A DNA stretch of 64,000 nucleotides, taken from positions 35,826-99,825 of IMG/VR virus record IMGVR_UViG_3300025133_000045. One strand, 5' to 3'. Under the pieces are notes generated by a model that had not been told where the DNA came from, ran no database searches, and worked only from the letters and a program-made list of their open reading frames with translations. The position numbers and the translations under genes were made by a program. Within the stretch, counting starts at the first letter, position 1. Every line of letters begins with the position of its first letter. Positions 30,748 through 40,683 of the stretch are shown here, in pieces. This DNA is from a virus.

Positions 30748-31361
30748 TGCTTTGCTCCTATATCAAATAACTCTATGCTTACTTCATTTGGATCTCTTAC
30801 TTGAATAACATTTGCTCCAGAATCATTTGCTGCTTTCAAACCTTTTGGCGAATCTTCAATGATAAAAGTGTTTTCCTTAGAAAACCCAAGATGATTCATC
30901 AAAAAAATATAGCCTTCAGGGTCTGGCTTACATTTCTCAACATCCTGGTTCGTCAGCACATAATCAAACATATCTAAGATACCAGTTTTCTCCAACATAA
31001 GTTTAGTTGTCTGTCTAATACTATTCGTATAACAGGCAATTTTTGCTCCTCGACCCTTAAGAGCTAATATCATTTCCTGCTTTTCTTTTCTCACGAAGGC
31101 GTCTCTTTCTATAATCTCAACAGTCTTAGATTGCTTTAAATTGTAAACCGCATCATGTGAAGCTTCTGGTATTCTACCGAGTTCTGTGAGCTTCTTTAAT
31201 TTAACACGAGTGGGAATACCATTAAAAATGCTTATGTGTTCTTCCATTGAAATCTCACCGTCACAAACTTCTTTTAAAGCCTCGTTCAAGGCTGCTCTGT
31301 GCCATTCACAAGCGTCGACCAAAACACCATCTAAATCAAATATAACTAACTTGCCCTTCAT
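30744..31361 (-). CDS. HAD-superfamily phosphatase
   Basis: FDLDGVL (motif I), TNS, KPDPEGY, IEDSPKG. Confidence 0.9.
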   Translation of the reverse strand: MKGKLVIFDLDGVLVDACEWHRAALNEALKEVCDGEISMEEHISIFNGIPTRVKLKKLTELGRIPEASHDAVYNLKQSKTVEIIERDAFVRKEKQEMILALKGRGAKIACYTNSIRQTTKLMLEKTGILDMFDYVLTNQDVEKCKPDPEGYIFLMNHLGFSKENTFIIEDSPKGLKAANDSGANVIQVRDPNEVSIELFDIGAKQ

Positions 31362-32080
31362 GCGTTAACTCCTCTCATTGTTGGATCAATTGAATATTCA
31401 TCAAATATTAATTCTAGCTGCTTAGCGTAATCTTCGGTGTTCCACTTTCCTTTTACGATTGCTGTCGCAAAGTAAGGGTAGGTCAGGCTCTCCCAATGAA
31501 ACATGCCTATCTTTTCCTCTTCATCTTTACTCGTAAGGCAACAAACAAACCCATTTTTCATACAAGTGATGTTTGAGTTCACCTCAAATTCCCAAATATT
31601 ATTACCAGGAGTCTGCTCATAGATGATCTGGATGTCCCTCACCTTACACATGGTAGGCTGTATAGCAAATAAGAGATCAAAGGGGCAATGATAAATTTCA
31701 TCCTCCAAATGGTACAAGGGCTTTTCAGGAGTATAAGAAGCTTTACCAAGCTTAATAAAATTGATTTTTTCTGAAGAGATTTTCGTATACACGCGGTCTA
31801 GAGCCTCAAAGTCTGGCTCGTTGTATAAAAACATATCCTCGTGATGGAAAACAACAATCTTATCCTTGGGAAGTTGTTTTAAGCAGGATACAATTCGAGA
31901 TTGATATGGCAAACTATCATCATATTCAATAACGCGCCAACCATCTGGTACATCATGGTTACCTGAATTAACAAATAAATATTTCTCAAACGACGCATCA
32001 AAATATTTATCAGTTTGCCCAAACATCGGACCCCATGCATCTGAATAATCGGAGTGCGAATAGAATATTAGTGAGTACAT
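31358..32080 (-). CDS. Putative glycosyltransferase (GT-A-like)
   Basis: YSD.W..F, HEDMFL, QPT, WEFE, AIVKGKW pattern; glycan cluster context. Confidence 0.55.
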   Translation of the reverse strand: MYSLIFYSHSDYSDAWGPMFGQTDKYFDASFEKYLFVNSGNHDVPDGWRVIEYDDSLPYQSRIVSCLKQLPKDKIVVFHHEDMFLYNEPDFEALDRVYTKISSEKINFIKLGKASYTPEKPLYHLEDEIYHCPFDLLFAIQPTMCKVRDIQIIYEQTPGNNIWEFEVNSNITCMKNGFVCCLTSKDEEEKIGMFHWESLTYPYFATAIVKGKWNTEDYAKQLELIFDEYSIDPTMRGVNA

Positions 32081-32093
32081 TTTTTTACCTCTC

Positions 32094-32141
32094 CTAGTTT
32101 AATAGTCCCTGTATTAAAACTGTGTAATCTTCCGCGTTCAT
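32094..32141 (-). pseudogene. 15-codon stub of a WavE-like paralogue
   Basis: MNAEDYTVLIQGLLN* begins in ATGA overlap with the upstream stop and mirrors the VIQGP N-terminal motif of the adjacent WavE-like gene. Confidence 0.45.
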
Positions 32142-32902
32142 GACAATAATATTTCCGACATCGTAGTTGCTCCGTTATATTTGTTCTCAACATCATCATA
32201 GATAATCCCCATGTGATTCCAGCGTGCCCGATATGATCCCAACATATTGATATCACAGATATCTACTCTGGACTTCATAACCCCCCTAGCATCGCTTATA
32301 ATTTGCTCTTCTGGAACACCCATACATAGCAAACAAACTCTTGCTATCACGGTTTCTATAGCCGTCATAATCAAAAATCTACACTTAGGCTTATCTCTCG
32401 AATTAAGCTGATCAACCATTAGAGAGAAAGATTTCTTTAAAACCGAAGATTTTGCCACAAACAAATGATCAGAAATATGGTAAGGGTGGGCAGAAACACT
32501 CCTAAAAAACATATTTCCGCTCACAAGCCTTTCATCGTCTCTTAAAAAAATATCAATAAGGGGCGCTAAATTACTATAATATTCATCTGTTCTCATCTTT
32601 ATAGCATATTTTGCAGTAACTTGTTCCATGCCTTTGTGCGTAGAATAAAGCTGGTAATAATAGTTGGCGCTCTGATCGGGCATCCACAACGTTGCCAAAT
32701 CAAGAGAAGGAATCGGATTCAAGACACATTTAAACCCATCTCCATATATGTATTGCAGCGATAATATTCGCTGATGCTGTTCTTCTGAAATTTTATCATC
32801 CCAACAAGACAACACCACCTCATCTACATGCTCAAAATATTTAGGAATATACTCTAAACATTCATCAGATAATGGTCCCTGAATGACGGCTGCAAAACTC
32901 AT
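32138..32902 (-). CDS. WavE-like lipopolysaccharide synthesis protein
   Basis: AVIQGP, VVLSCW, Q.YST..G, YAIKMRTD, YHISDHLF. Start at ATG 32902 after AGGAG. Confidence 0.7.
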   Translation of the reverse strand: MSFAAVIQGPLSDECLEYIPKYFEHVDEVVLSCWDDKISEEQHQRILSLQYIYGDGFKCVLNPIPSLDLATLWMPDQSANYYYQLYSTHKGMEQVTAKYAIKMRTDEYYSNLAPLIDIFLRDDERLVSGNMFFRSVSAHPYHISDHLFVAKSSVLKKSFSLMVDQLNSRDKPKCRFLIMTAIETVIARVCLLCMGVPEEQIISDARGVMKSRVDICDINMLGSYRARWNHMGIIYDDVENKYNGATTMSEILLS

Positions 32903-32992
32903 TTCTATTCTCCTATCGCTTTTCTTCATTCTTGTCATGTGTCTGTCACCATCAAAAGATGACTTACACAATATTTTTCTTTTTTACTCATC

Positions 32993-33817
32993 TTAAACCC
33001 ACCTTGTCAAGCCATAAAGACCGTTTTGTAAGCAAAACCACTTGTGATGTAAGTGGCCGTCACTCACTCTCCATCGAGGAAAACGCATCAACACTTTACT
33101 CCGCTGCTCTTCTGGCTTCATAAGTTCATTGGAAAACTGTCTATAATCCTTTACATCGTAGTAAATGAAAAATTGAGAATCTGGCACTCCCCCGCTCAGC
33201 CCAGTCACCATAGCTTCGTAATCTGAGCGAGGTTTTAAATCTTTAAGAGCAAAATCATAAATATTTGAATACTTCTTCATGATTTCGCGCCCCCCATAAA
33301 ACCACATGTCTCCGTATCCTTGGTTCATCTGGTTCCAGTAAGTCGTATACAGATAGCTTTGCTCGCTGTCGGGAGAAAATCTAATTCTGTTAACTTCCGA
33401 CCCACCTCTTTGAGATATGTCAAACCTTGTTGTGATTATCCAATCATATTCGTGCTCAAGCGCCAGCTTTAGAGATTGACACCTTGAATAATAAAAGCTC
33501 AAAATTCTAGATGCTATTGCATTTTTATAGAAAGTCTGATCTCTGGGGAAACCTTCGTCGATATACGCTTGGTCAATTCCGTTTTCTTCGCAGACTTTAT
33601 CGAAATCAATTTGCTTTTCAAAAATTGATTCTTTGGGGTTATATAGCTCTCTTATTTGACCCTCGAACTCAGGTTGCCAACAATGCACATAAACATCAAC
33701 ATCATCGACCTTAGAAAAGATCCTCTCTTTTATATGCTCGTATCCACCCGCAGCCGTAGTGAAGTCGCCCGTACTAAGTGTGCCAAAGTATCCGTGCAGG
33801 CAAAGAGCCACTTTCAC
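32993..33817 (-). CDS. Putative glycosyltransferase-like protein
   Basis: MKVALCLHG...DVYVHCW...YDWIITTRFD...DMWFYG, a family common in viral glycan clusters. Confidence 0.55.
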   Translation of the reverse strand: MKVALCLHGYFGTLSTGDFTTAAGGYEHIKERIFSKVDDVDVYVHCWQPEFEGQIRELYNPKESIFEKQIDFDKVCEENGIDQAYIDEGFPRDQTFYKNAIASRILSFYYSRCQSLKLALEHEYDWIITTRFDISQRGGSEVNRIRFSPDSEQSYLYTTYWNQMNQGYGDMWFYGGREIMKKYSNIYDFALKDLKPRSDYEAMVTGLSGGVPDSQFFIYYDVKDYRQFSNELMKPEEQRSKVLMRFPRWRVSDGHLHHKWFCLQNGLYGLTRWV

Positions 33818-34422
33818 GTAGTCCCTCCAAATAAATTAAATTCTGTCAAATCCCGATAGGGGGGATCTTCTGGGATGTCGGGCATGTGTTTGGGATAATT
33901 CTGCATTAACATGAGGCCCCTCACAGCTTGCTCTGGCGTCATATACATGTTCCAGCCCATTGAATCGATATCATCATCTTGATATCTGACTCCTTCGCTC
34001 CTGCCCTCGTAGCGCGCTTCTCGAACCCAGTCCACAAGATCTTTGTCCTTGGTTAAAATCATACCACCCTTACCAATCTTAAGATGTTTCTTAATGTGGA
34101 AAGACAGGCACATATGAGAGCCGGGAATATACATCCCAGAAGTCAGGCGCTTTGCTGCGTCCCAAATTGGATATGGCTTAAGCTGATAAATGCCCTCCCA
34201 CTTAATATCCTCAAATTGAACGGCACCGCCTGCCTGCATGATCGACTGCGGGACAGACAAATAGGTTCGCTTAGGGATCGTTACGTCCTCTACTTCCAGG
34301 TATTTGCAACACAAAAACAAAGCATTAGTGCAACTGTTCACTGAAACAGCGTAAGGCGCACCAGCATAGTACGCCATTTCTTCCTCAAACATTTTTACAA
34401 CTTTGTAAGGATTGTGAAGCAC
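33814..34422 (-). CDS. Short DegT/DnrJ/EryC1/StrS-family PLP-dependent sugar aminotransferase
   Basis: FEEEMA.Y.G..YAVSVNSCTNAL, DAA, SFH..K.L..G.GGMI, G.N.YM. Only 202 aa. Confidence 0.75.
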   Translation of the reverse strand: MLHNPYKVVKMFEEEMAYYAGAPYAVSVNSCTNALFLCCKYLEVEDVTIPKRTYLSVPQSIMQAGGAVQFEDIKWEGIYQLKPYPIWDAAKRLTSGMYIPGSHMCLSFHIKKHLKIGKGGMILTKDKDLVDWVREARYEGRSEGVRYQDDDIDSMGWNMYMTPEQAVRGLMLMQNYPKHMPDIPEDPPYRDLTEFNLFGGTT

Positions 34423-34811
34423 TATTTCTCCAAAATAAAAAACTTCTTCTTAAAACCACAACTCTCAAATAGCCTCAAGCTTGCCTCGTTCTCCAGTTTA
34501 ACTTTGGCAAACGAATCGGGATGCCCCTTCATCAATTCCTCGACCATAAACTTTGCAACGCCCTTCCCTTGATGGTCGGGATGGGTTGCAACCCGTATAT
34601 CCCTATCTATGACCCCAATGTAACCGATAGGAACATCATTGTCAAGACAAATATAAAAATTCTTTCCCAAAGTCTCCATAAATCGGTAATGATCTTCCTC
34701 CCTTATATACCCTTGTTGGATAAATCCTGGCTTAATTGCCGGATCATTCCGAAGCTCCAAGATAAAGCCCCAATACTGGCTGGTGTTTTTAACAAATTTG
34801 TACATCACCAC
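34422..34811 (-). CDS. GNAT N-acetyltransferase (PseH-like)
   Basis: LRNDP, PIGYIG, HPDHQGKGVA (motif A), NEASLRLFESCGF. Confidence 0.85.
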   Translation of the reverse strand: MVMYKFVKNTSQYWGFILELRNDPAIKPGFIQQGYIREEDHYRFMETLGKNFYICLDNDVPIGYIGVIDRDIRVATHPDHQGKGVAKFMVEELMKGHPDSFAKVKLENEASLRLFESCGFKKKFFILEK

Positions 34812-35587
34812 ACATCCACTTGTTCACCATAATGACTTCCGCTGTTCAGCCAATAGTGTGTCAAGTAGCCCCTGGTGTGCTTCCAGCCCTCAAGCTCAAG
34901 GTATGGGTTCAAGCAACTGCCGATGTCCAAGAAGGTGTTGTCGGGGTTGTCTTCGAAACAGTCACGAATAATAAAATTGCTCAGGCTTGCTGCGGCGCAT
35001 AAAATGACGTGATCACGGATGTTGTTCTCTCGGATGTATTCTTTCACTTTCTCGACGGTATCGTAGTTGTCGATCATACAGTTGCTGCCCACCTCGAAAG
35101 TCTTCTTCAACTCGAATGGAATCCCTTCTAGGTTTGCCATCTCGTTCACGACGTAAATGACATCTCGCTCTCGCAACACTGGAACCATCTCTTCCACGAA
35201 CCGACGATAATTGCGATTGATGAGAAGATTTGCAAATGTAAGGTCTTTGTCACCTCCGTTAAGCCCTTTCTGCCAGAAGAAGGCATCTTCTCCCACATCG
35301 TTTCTGCAACAGATACCCTTGTAGTATTCTGGCATTTTAAATTTGAAACACTCCATAAGCTTCTCTTGAAAGAACCCATGCTTCTCGGGAATGAATTCTT
35401 TCTGTTCCTCTTTGGGATAAACTCCATGGCCTTTGCGTTCACCTGTTACAAAGTGATCTTCTGCCAGGATTACTGTCTGATTCTTAAGAATGAACAACTC
35501 TCCATCGGAGAACCTGGCAAATGCAAAGTTTTCTTTGTTCTTGAGCTTCTCAAGAAACTTATAAAACTCTTTGTCAAAATACTTCAC
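34805..35587 (-). CDS. GT-D fold (DUF1792-like) glycosyltransferase
   Basis: FARFSDGE and LDIGS motifs. Confidence 0.7.
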   Translation of the reverse strand: MKYFDKEFYKFLEKLKNKENFAFARFSDGELFILKNQTVILAEDHFVTGERKGHGVYPKEEQKEFIPEKHGFFQEKLMECFKFKMPEYYKGICCRNDVGEDAFFWQKGLNGGDKDLTFANLLINRNYRRFVEEMVPVLRERDVIYVVNEMANLEGIPFELKKTFEVGSNCMIDNYDTVEKVKEYIRENNIRDHVILCAAASLSNFIIRDCFEDNPDNTFLDIGSCLNPYLELEGWKHTRGYLTHYWLNSGSHYGEQVDVW

Positions 35588-36582
35588 GATAACTCCTCCT
35601 CAAGAATGCTGACGATTCTCTGGGCTGACTTGCCATCGCCATAGGGGCATGCCTCTGTTGGGTCTGGCTTTTGCTTCATGACGTAGAAGTGCTCAAACAA
35701 CTCCAAGGGGGTTTCACACAGAACAGAAAAGCTGCCAAGACCTTCTGGTCTCTCGGTTACTTTCCGACACACAATGGAGCGCTTGCCCAGGAATGCTGTT
35801 TCTTCTTGGAGCCCTCCGCTATCTGAAATCACGTAAGAGCAGGAAGCCAGAAGATTTAAAAACTCATCATAGGGAAGAGGATCAATGACCTCGACATATT
35901 TTAAGAGCCCTCGATGCTTTTGCACATTTGGGTTGGGATGAATGGGAAGAATGAATCTGTACTCTCCGTGATATGTTTTGGCCAGGTTATCGAACGCCTC
36001 AAACCATTCAGCGATCTTATCGTGGTTTTCTCGGCGGTGCATTGTGATAATGACCGTGTTTGTCTTGCTTGTCTCCAAGTCGACCAGGTTATCCAAAACA
36101 GTATTCCCAACAACGTATGTGCGGCCCTTGACTAGTTCTCTGGAGAGGTTATGGGCCGAGTCCATAGTAGGGCATAGGTGAATATTGGAGACGCGAGAGA
36201 CGGCCTGACGATTGAATTCTTCAGGGTACGGATTGTGCAAATCATAGGTTCTCAGCCCAGCTTCCAGATGAATGATCTTGAGCTTTCGATGAAAAGCTGC
36301 CAAGGCGATGGCGAACGCTGAAGTTGTGTCCCCTTGAACCAGAACTGCATCAATGCCCTCAAAGATGTGATTCTGATTCATGACGGAAGATACAATGGAG
36401 TCCAGCCTGTTGGGGCCATCTTTAATTTCCAACCTTATGACATCCTGATCCTCGACATTCGAAAGCAGATCTACGTGTTGACCTGTAAAAAGGAGTTTGA
36501 AAGGAAGGCGACCCTCGAATGCCTCGATCAGCGGCTTGATTTTAATGTACTCTGGCCGAGTGCCGAAAGACATAAGAATCAT
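35584..36582 (-). CDS. wecB: UDP-N-acetylglucosamine 2-epimerase (non-hydrolysing)
   Basis: GTRPEYIK, TGQH, VQGDT, HLEAGLRT, PEEFNR, GNTVLD, HRREN, DSGGLQEE, YGDG. Confidence 0.95.
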   Translation of the reverse strand: MILMSFGTRPEYIKIKPLIEAFEGRLPFKLLFTGQHVDLLSNVEDQDVIRLEIKDGPNRLDSIVSSVMNQNHIFEGIDAVLVQGDTTSAFAIALAAFHRKLKIIHLEAGLRTYDLHNPYPEEFNRQAVSRVSNIHLCPTMDSAHNLSRELVKGRTYVVGNTVLDNLVDLETSKTNTVIITMHRRENHDKIAEWFEAFDNLAKTYHGEYRFILPIHPNPNVQKHRGLLKYVEVIDPLPYDEFLNLLASCSYVISDSGGLQEETAFLGKRSIVCRKVTERPEGLGSFSVLCETPLELFEHFYVMKQKPDPTEACPYGDGKSAQRIVSILEEELS

Positions 36583-38171
36583 AACTTCACCCCTCGAACA
36601 GTTTTCCAGCCTTTCCGCAAGGCTTCCTGCACACAGAAGTCCCTCTCTGTGAAGAATTGTTGATGTGAGGTCTCATTGTTATTTGAGGTTGCCTTCTCGT
36701 CGATCCCCAGTTCGTTGCCCATGACCGAGCCATGCATCTCTGCATCGCTGGTTGGATGCGGAGGACAATAGGTCTTAACACCACCATACTTCTGGGCTGA
36801 ATAGGAGAAGTGCATATCCTCTCCATTGTCCCAGGTTGGCGGCTTTTCACGCCAAAGATATTGCAACCAGTCCCTCTTGAAGAACCAGGCGTGCCCAACC
36901 AGATCCACCTCCCTGGCCTCTTCATTGTGTTTCGGCCAGCCACAGCGCTCATGACGGACATAATATTTGTCGTCGAGGATCACCCCGGCTGAACCGAGGA
37001 TGCCTTCTTTTTCTTCCATTGTGTTGAGGCAGTTCTCAAACCACTTGGATCCAGGGACGGTATCATCATCAAAAATAGCAACATATTCTGTGTCAGCTAA
37101 TAGGGCTCCCGCAAAACGACCATAGAACTTCCAGTTGTGATCGTTGTGGAATATCTTGTCGAGGCCGAGGGTATCAAAAGAAAAGTTTTCATTGTCCTCG
37201 TGCTGATTTACCCAGAGCCAAATCTCCTTTGGCGGCTTTGTCTGGCTGCGGAGTGAATCAATCTGCATTCGCAGGTTGTATGGACGACGATAACAGTTTA
37301 ATATGACTGTAATGTCTTCTGGTTCCGCATTTGTAAAGCTGCTTGACAAAACGTGACATACCTTGTCGACGACTTCCTCTTGTTTAGACTCAACGAAGTC
37401 AATCAAGGCTTCACCCTTATAATGGGGAAACCATTCTTCATGGGTGCAGCCATTCCAATCGTTGGTGATGAGCTTGCAGCCAACCATCCTGGCTTCCATG
37501 ACCACTCGACAAAACGTTTCGAGGGTCTTCGGGAAGAAGACAAGACCTTCAAAGGTTGAAAGGTTCTGAATAAACTTTTCAAACCCGGAGAAGGGGATCT
37601 TCTCATATGCCAAGTCGTTCTGAATGCAGTATCTTTCAGCCTCTGGCGTCCCTTTAATCACGTTCTGTGAGTCTAGGATAGCGTACTTGGACTGTTTCTC
37701 GACATTGCAGTGCTGTCGAAGCACATCTAGCTGCTTTTGGTGCCATAGGCTGCAACCGGTGCTGATCACATTCCTGATTGCAAGGTTTTTCCTGACGACA
37801 TCTGCATGAATCTGTGATTGACAGAAAACCGCCTTGGCAGAACGATAAAACTTCTCATTGATGATTTCATTCCGAGGAGCCTTAAAATCAGGGAAAATGG
37901 ATGGATTTCGGCTTCTCAGGTACTTGTGGTCGTGCTCATAAAGGATATAGGACTTGTCGTATAGGCTTGCTTTGACCTGCTCAGGCATGTTCACAAAGTT
38001 TGAGACGATAAAGAACTCATGCTGGGTCACATCCCTGAACTCGTGGGATCGATAGACTTCTACCTCGTGACCCCTCTTCTCCAGGTGTCGAATCAGACAA
38101 TCATTAACGAGTTCAGCACCACCAATGATGCCGTCCTCAAGAAAAAAGTCTGAAACAAAAGCTATTCTCAT
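36579..38171 (-). CDS. Bifunctional glycosyltransferase (GT-B N-terminal + GT-A C-terminal fusion)
   Basis: GGAE and ETFCRVVMEARMVGC (GT4-like), then ITVILNCYRR...IFDDD...GED (GT2-like). Confidence 0.8.
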   Translation of the reverse strand: MRIAFVSDFFLEDGIIGGAELVNDCLIRHLEKRGHEVEVYRSHEFRDVTQHEFFIVSNFVNMPEQVKASLYDKSYILYEHDHKYLRSRNPSIFPDFKAPRNEIINEKFYRSAKAVFCQSQIHADVVRKNLAIRNVISTGCSLWHQKQLDVLRQHCNVEKQSKYAILDSQNVIKGTPEAERYCIQNDLAYEKIPFSGFEKFIQNLSTFEGLVFFPKTLETFCRVVMEARMVGCKLITNDWNGCTHEEWFPHYKGEALIDFVESKQEEVVDKVCHVLSSSFTNAEPEDITVILNCYRRPYNLRMQIDSLRSQTKPPKEIWLWVNQHEDNENFSFDTLGLDKIFHNDHNWKFYGRFAGALLADTEYVAIFDDDTVPGSKWFENCLNTMEEKEGILGSAGVILDDKYYVRHERCGWPKHNEEAREVDLVGHAWFFKRDWLQYLWREKPPTWDNGEDMHFSYSAQKYGGVKTYCPPHPTSDAEMHGSVMGNELGIDEKATSNNNETSHQQFFTERDFCVQEALRKGWKTVRGVKL

Positions 38172-39412
38172 CCGAAGACCTTGACAACGCTACTTTGAGA
38201 CGAAGAATCAAAAACCTCCCATACAGCGTCAGCAAACTTTTGGTATTGCTTTTCAGCCGCGAACTCTTCAAGAACGTATTCCTGTAAAACCTTTGCGTTC
38301 TTCAGGTGCTTGTCGTATTTGCTGATCATGTTGCGGAGCTTCATCTTAAAATCGCCCTGCTCAGGATAGCACCACATCGATTCAGGGTGCAGAACCCCTT
38401 CCCAATGAGCGAAGTCCTGAATTGGGGCAATCGCATAACTAACCCTGGAAAAAAGAGGCTTCATTTTGGTCTTTTTGCCCACCTTAACCGGGCCATAAAG
38501 GAAATCACATTGGCCACCCCAATCTGGAGCCATAACCGGCAATCCATGACACACGGCCTCGAAAATGGGCAACCCGAAACCTTCTCCATGAGAGAGGCTC
38601 ACCAAGCATTTCACTTTTGGATGCTCATACAAGGCAGCCAATTCACCCTGGTCCATATCCCCATGGATGAGATAAACCTTGCACTCACGATTCTCGTAAG
38701 CATCCAAGACGGCCTTAATTTTCTTTTGTGTCTCAAGCCTGTCCATGAGGCAGTTCTTGCGGATATTCGCTTTCAAAATTAGGCCAACTTTTCTATCGTG
38801 GCACTCTTCCACGAACCATTTAACCGTGTTGATGAGGTTCTTGCGAGGCCCCCATTGTGCTACAGACAGAAAATTAAAGTCATAGTCAAAATCAATATCA
38901 ACCTCCGAAGGTTCCCACTTCCTGACGGCATAATTCACCGTTTCAACCGGCACTTCATTCCTGATTGACATCTTATTGCCATGCTGGTCTTTACCTGTCC
39001 AAACCGTATTGTCAAAACCATGTTTTGCATGGTTTGAAACAACCAGAATTTTGTCCATTATTGTTGCTTTGTCAATCCAAACTGGATCGATCTTGGTGCT
39101 CTCAATCCCAGCAGTCCACCCAATATTGATCGGAGCCAGGGGCTCCCACTCATTAGGGATTGTAATCTGCAAAGAAGCATCAAATGGAACCTTGTTGGAG
39201 ATGGCATGATTTGTCTTGTCGATGATAAAATCAAGCCAGCGACGTTCTTCTGAAGTTTCTGCAAGCCAGCCTGTCTGACCCCACCCTACTGGGATAATGT
39301 GAATATCAAATTTGTCTTCGTGTGCTCTTAGAGCACGAATTGCAAATCTAGACTGCTCTCCATAACCAGATTGTGATAAAACTGGTCCTCTGACAATGAT
39401 TTTCTTTCTCAC
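38168..39412 (-). CDS. GT4-family glycosyltransferase
   Basis: SGYG, RKN, HGEGFGLPIFEA..GLPV. Confidence 0.85.
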   Translation of the reverse strand: MRKKIIVRGPVLSQSGYGEQSRFAIRALRAHEDKFDIHIIPVGWGQTGWLAETSEERRWLDFIIDKTNHAISNKVPFDASLQITIPNEWEPLAPINIGWTAGIESTKIDPVWIDKATIMDKILVVSNHAKHGFDNTVWTGKDQHGNKMSIRNEVPVETVNYAVRKWEPSEVDIDFDYDFNFLSVAQWGPRKNLINTVKWFVEECHDRKVGLILKANIRKNCLMDRLETQKKIKAVLDAYENRECKVYLIHGDMDQGELAALYEHPKVKCLVSLSHGEGFGLPIFEAVCHGLPVMAPDWGGQCDFLYGPVKVGKKTKMKPLFSRVSYAIAPIQDFAHWEGVLHPESMWCYPEQGDFKMKLRNMISKYDKHLKNAKVLQEYVLEEFAAEKQYQKFADAVWEVFDSSSQSSVVKVFG

Positions 39413-40674
39413 GCGATCTCCTTTAGTTCCCAGCGATCATATCCGCGCCTGTTCCCCCACGAACCATGCTTTTCAATGATGTTGTCAGCTACCTCCACCC
39501 AACGTTTGTTGAAGTCTTCAAAGTTATAATTCTTTTCAACGTGTTTTCGACCAGCTTTTCCAAGAGCACTCCTCTCTTCTGGTGTCATTTCATACATTGT
39601 GCGGAGAGCATCCATGAAGCTTTCCTCACTAATCCTATCTTCATGGATGTATGGCACAGTCAATGACCCAATGATAGCCTTTGAAACCGGCTCAATACCA
39701 ATACCATACCACTCTTCACCGTTCGTAACCTGCTCCTGAAGGCCACCTGTCATATTAACAATGATTGGCGTCTCACAGGAAAGCGATTCCAAAGTTGCCA
39801 GCCCAAACCCCTCTGCATCGGCAATGTTAACTGTGCAATCAGCCAAGTTGTACAACATCGAAAGAATCTCAGGAGGAACCTTTTGTGTCGAGAGAATAAT
39901 CCTTCCATCATCTGCCCCCAGATGATGTATGATCTGCTCTAAATCTTGACCGTGATGATCTTTAGGATCGGTGTGCATAATCAGTTGAACCTTTTCTGGT
40001 CCTACTTCTTCTGCAAACTTGTTGAACCACCAAATGACCGAACCAGACTGCTTTCTCCGAGCATTCCGATTATTCCAAAAGAAAATAACCCTATCCGGGT
40101 CGTAGTGTTCCTCAAAGTGCTCTATGGCAAATTCTTCGATGTCGTCTTCATCGAGCTTTTTAAAAATATTCGAGTTTACTGCGTGAGGCAAATAAATATT
40201 TTCTACGTCTGGAGCGACCTCGGAAACAACATCGTGAGTCACCTTGGAAATAGAAACAATCACATCTGTGGAAAGATAAAAAGGTCTGTTATATTCTGGC
40301 GGCGGGTAGTTGTCCCACACATGATAATAAACCATTGGCATATAGGCTCGAATTTCGTTTTCCATATCCCACAGCCAGCCATAAAACCTGGGATCTGTCA
40401 TGAACCATAAAATGTCTGGCTTTACCGTTGTCAATGCTGACCTAATGACGTTGGCATCTCCATAACCCTTTACTGGATGAACAATCCAATCGTCCCCAAA
40501 ACCTTCAACCTTTTGTGGGCTAAAATCAGGATGATCTACTGCCCCGCCCAAGCACACGAACTTATAGCGCCCCGTGGCCAACAGGGCTTCAATAAAATAT
40601 TTTGTCTGTGTACCAACCCCAGAGGGGGCCATTGGATGATCTGAGATTACAAAGATCGTCTTTTTCTCTTCCAT
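39409..40674 (-). CDS. GT4-family glycosyltransferase
   Basis: SGVG, NRNARRK, AEGFGLATLESLSCETPII..TGGL. Confidence 0.88.
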   Translation of the reverse strand: MEEKKTIFVISDHPMAPSGVGTQTKYFIEALLATGRYKFVCLGGAVDHPDFSPQKVEGFGDDWIVHPVKGYGDANVIRSALTTVKPDILWFMTDPRFYGWLWDMENEIRAYMPMVYYHVWDNYPPPEYNRPFYLSTDVIVSISKVTHDVVSEVAPDVENIYLPHAVNSNIFKKLDEDDIEEFAIEHFEEHYDPDRVIFFWNNRNARRKQSGSVIWWFNKFAEEVGPEKVQLIMHTDPKDHHGQDLEQIIHHLGADDGRIILSTQKVPPEILSMLYNLADCTVNIADAEGFGLATLESLSCETPIIVNMTGGLQEQVTNGEEWYGIGIEPVSKAIIGSLTVPYIHEDRISEESFMDALRTMYEMTPEERSALGKAGRKHVEKNYNFEDFNKRWVEVADNIIEKHGSWGNRRGYDRWELKEIA

Positions 40675-40683
40675 CTATTCTCC

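Noticed and set aside
32099-32106. ACTATTAA as another late-promoter copy
   Set aside because: Imperfect match, equally explained by the coding sequence of the WavE-like stub.
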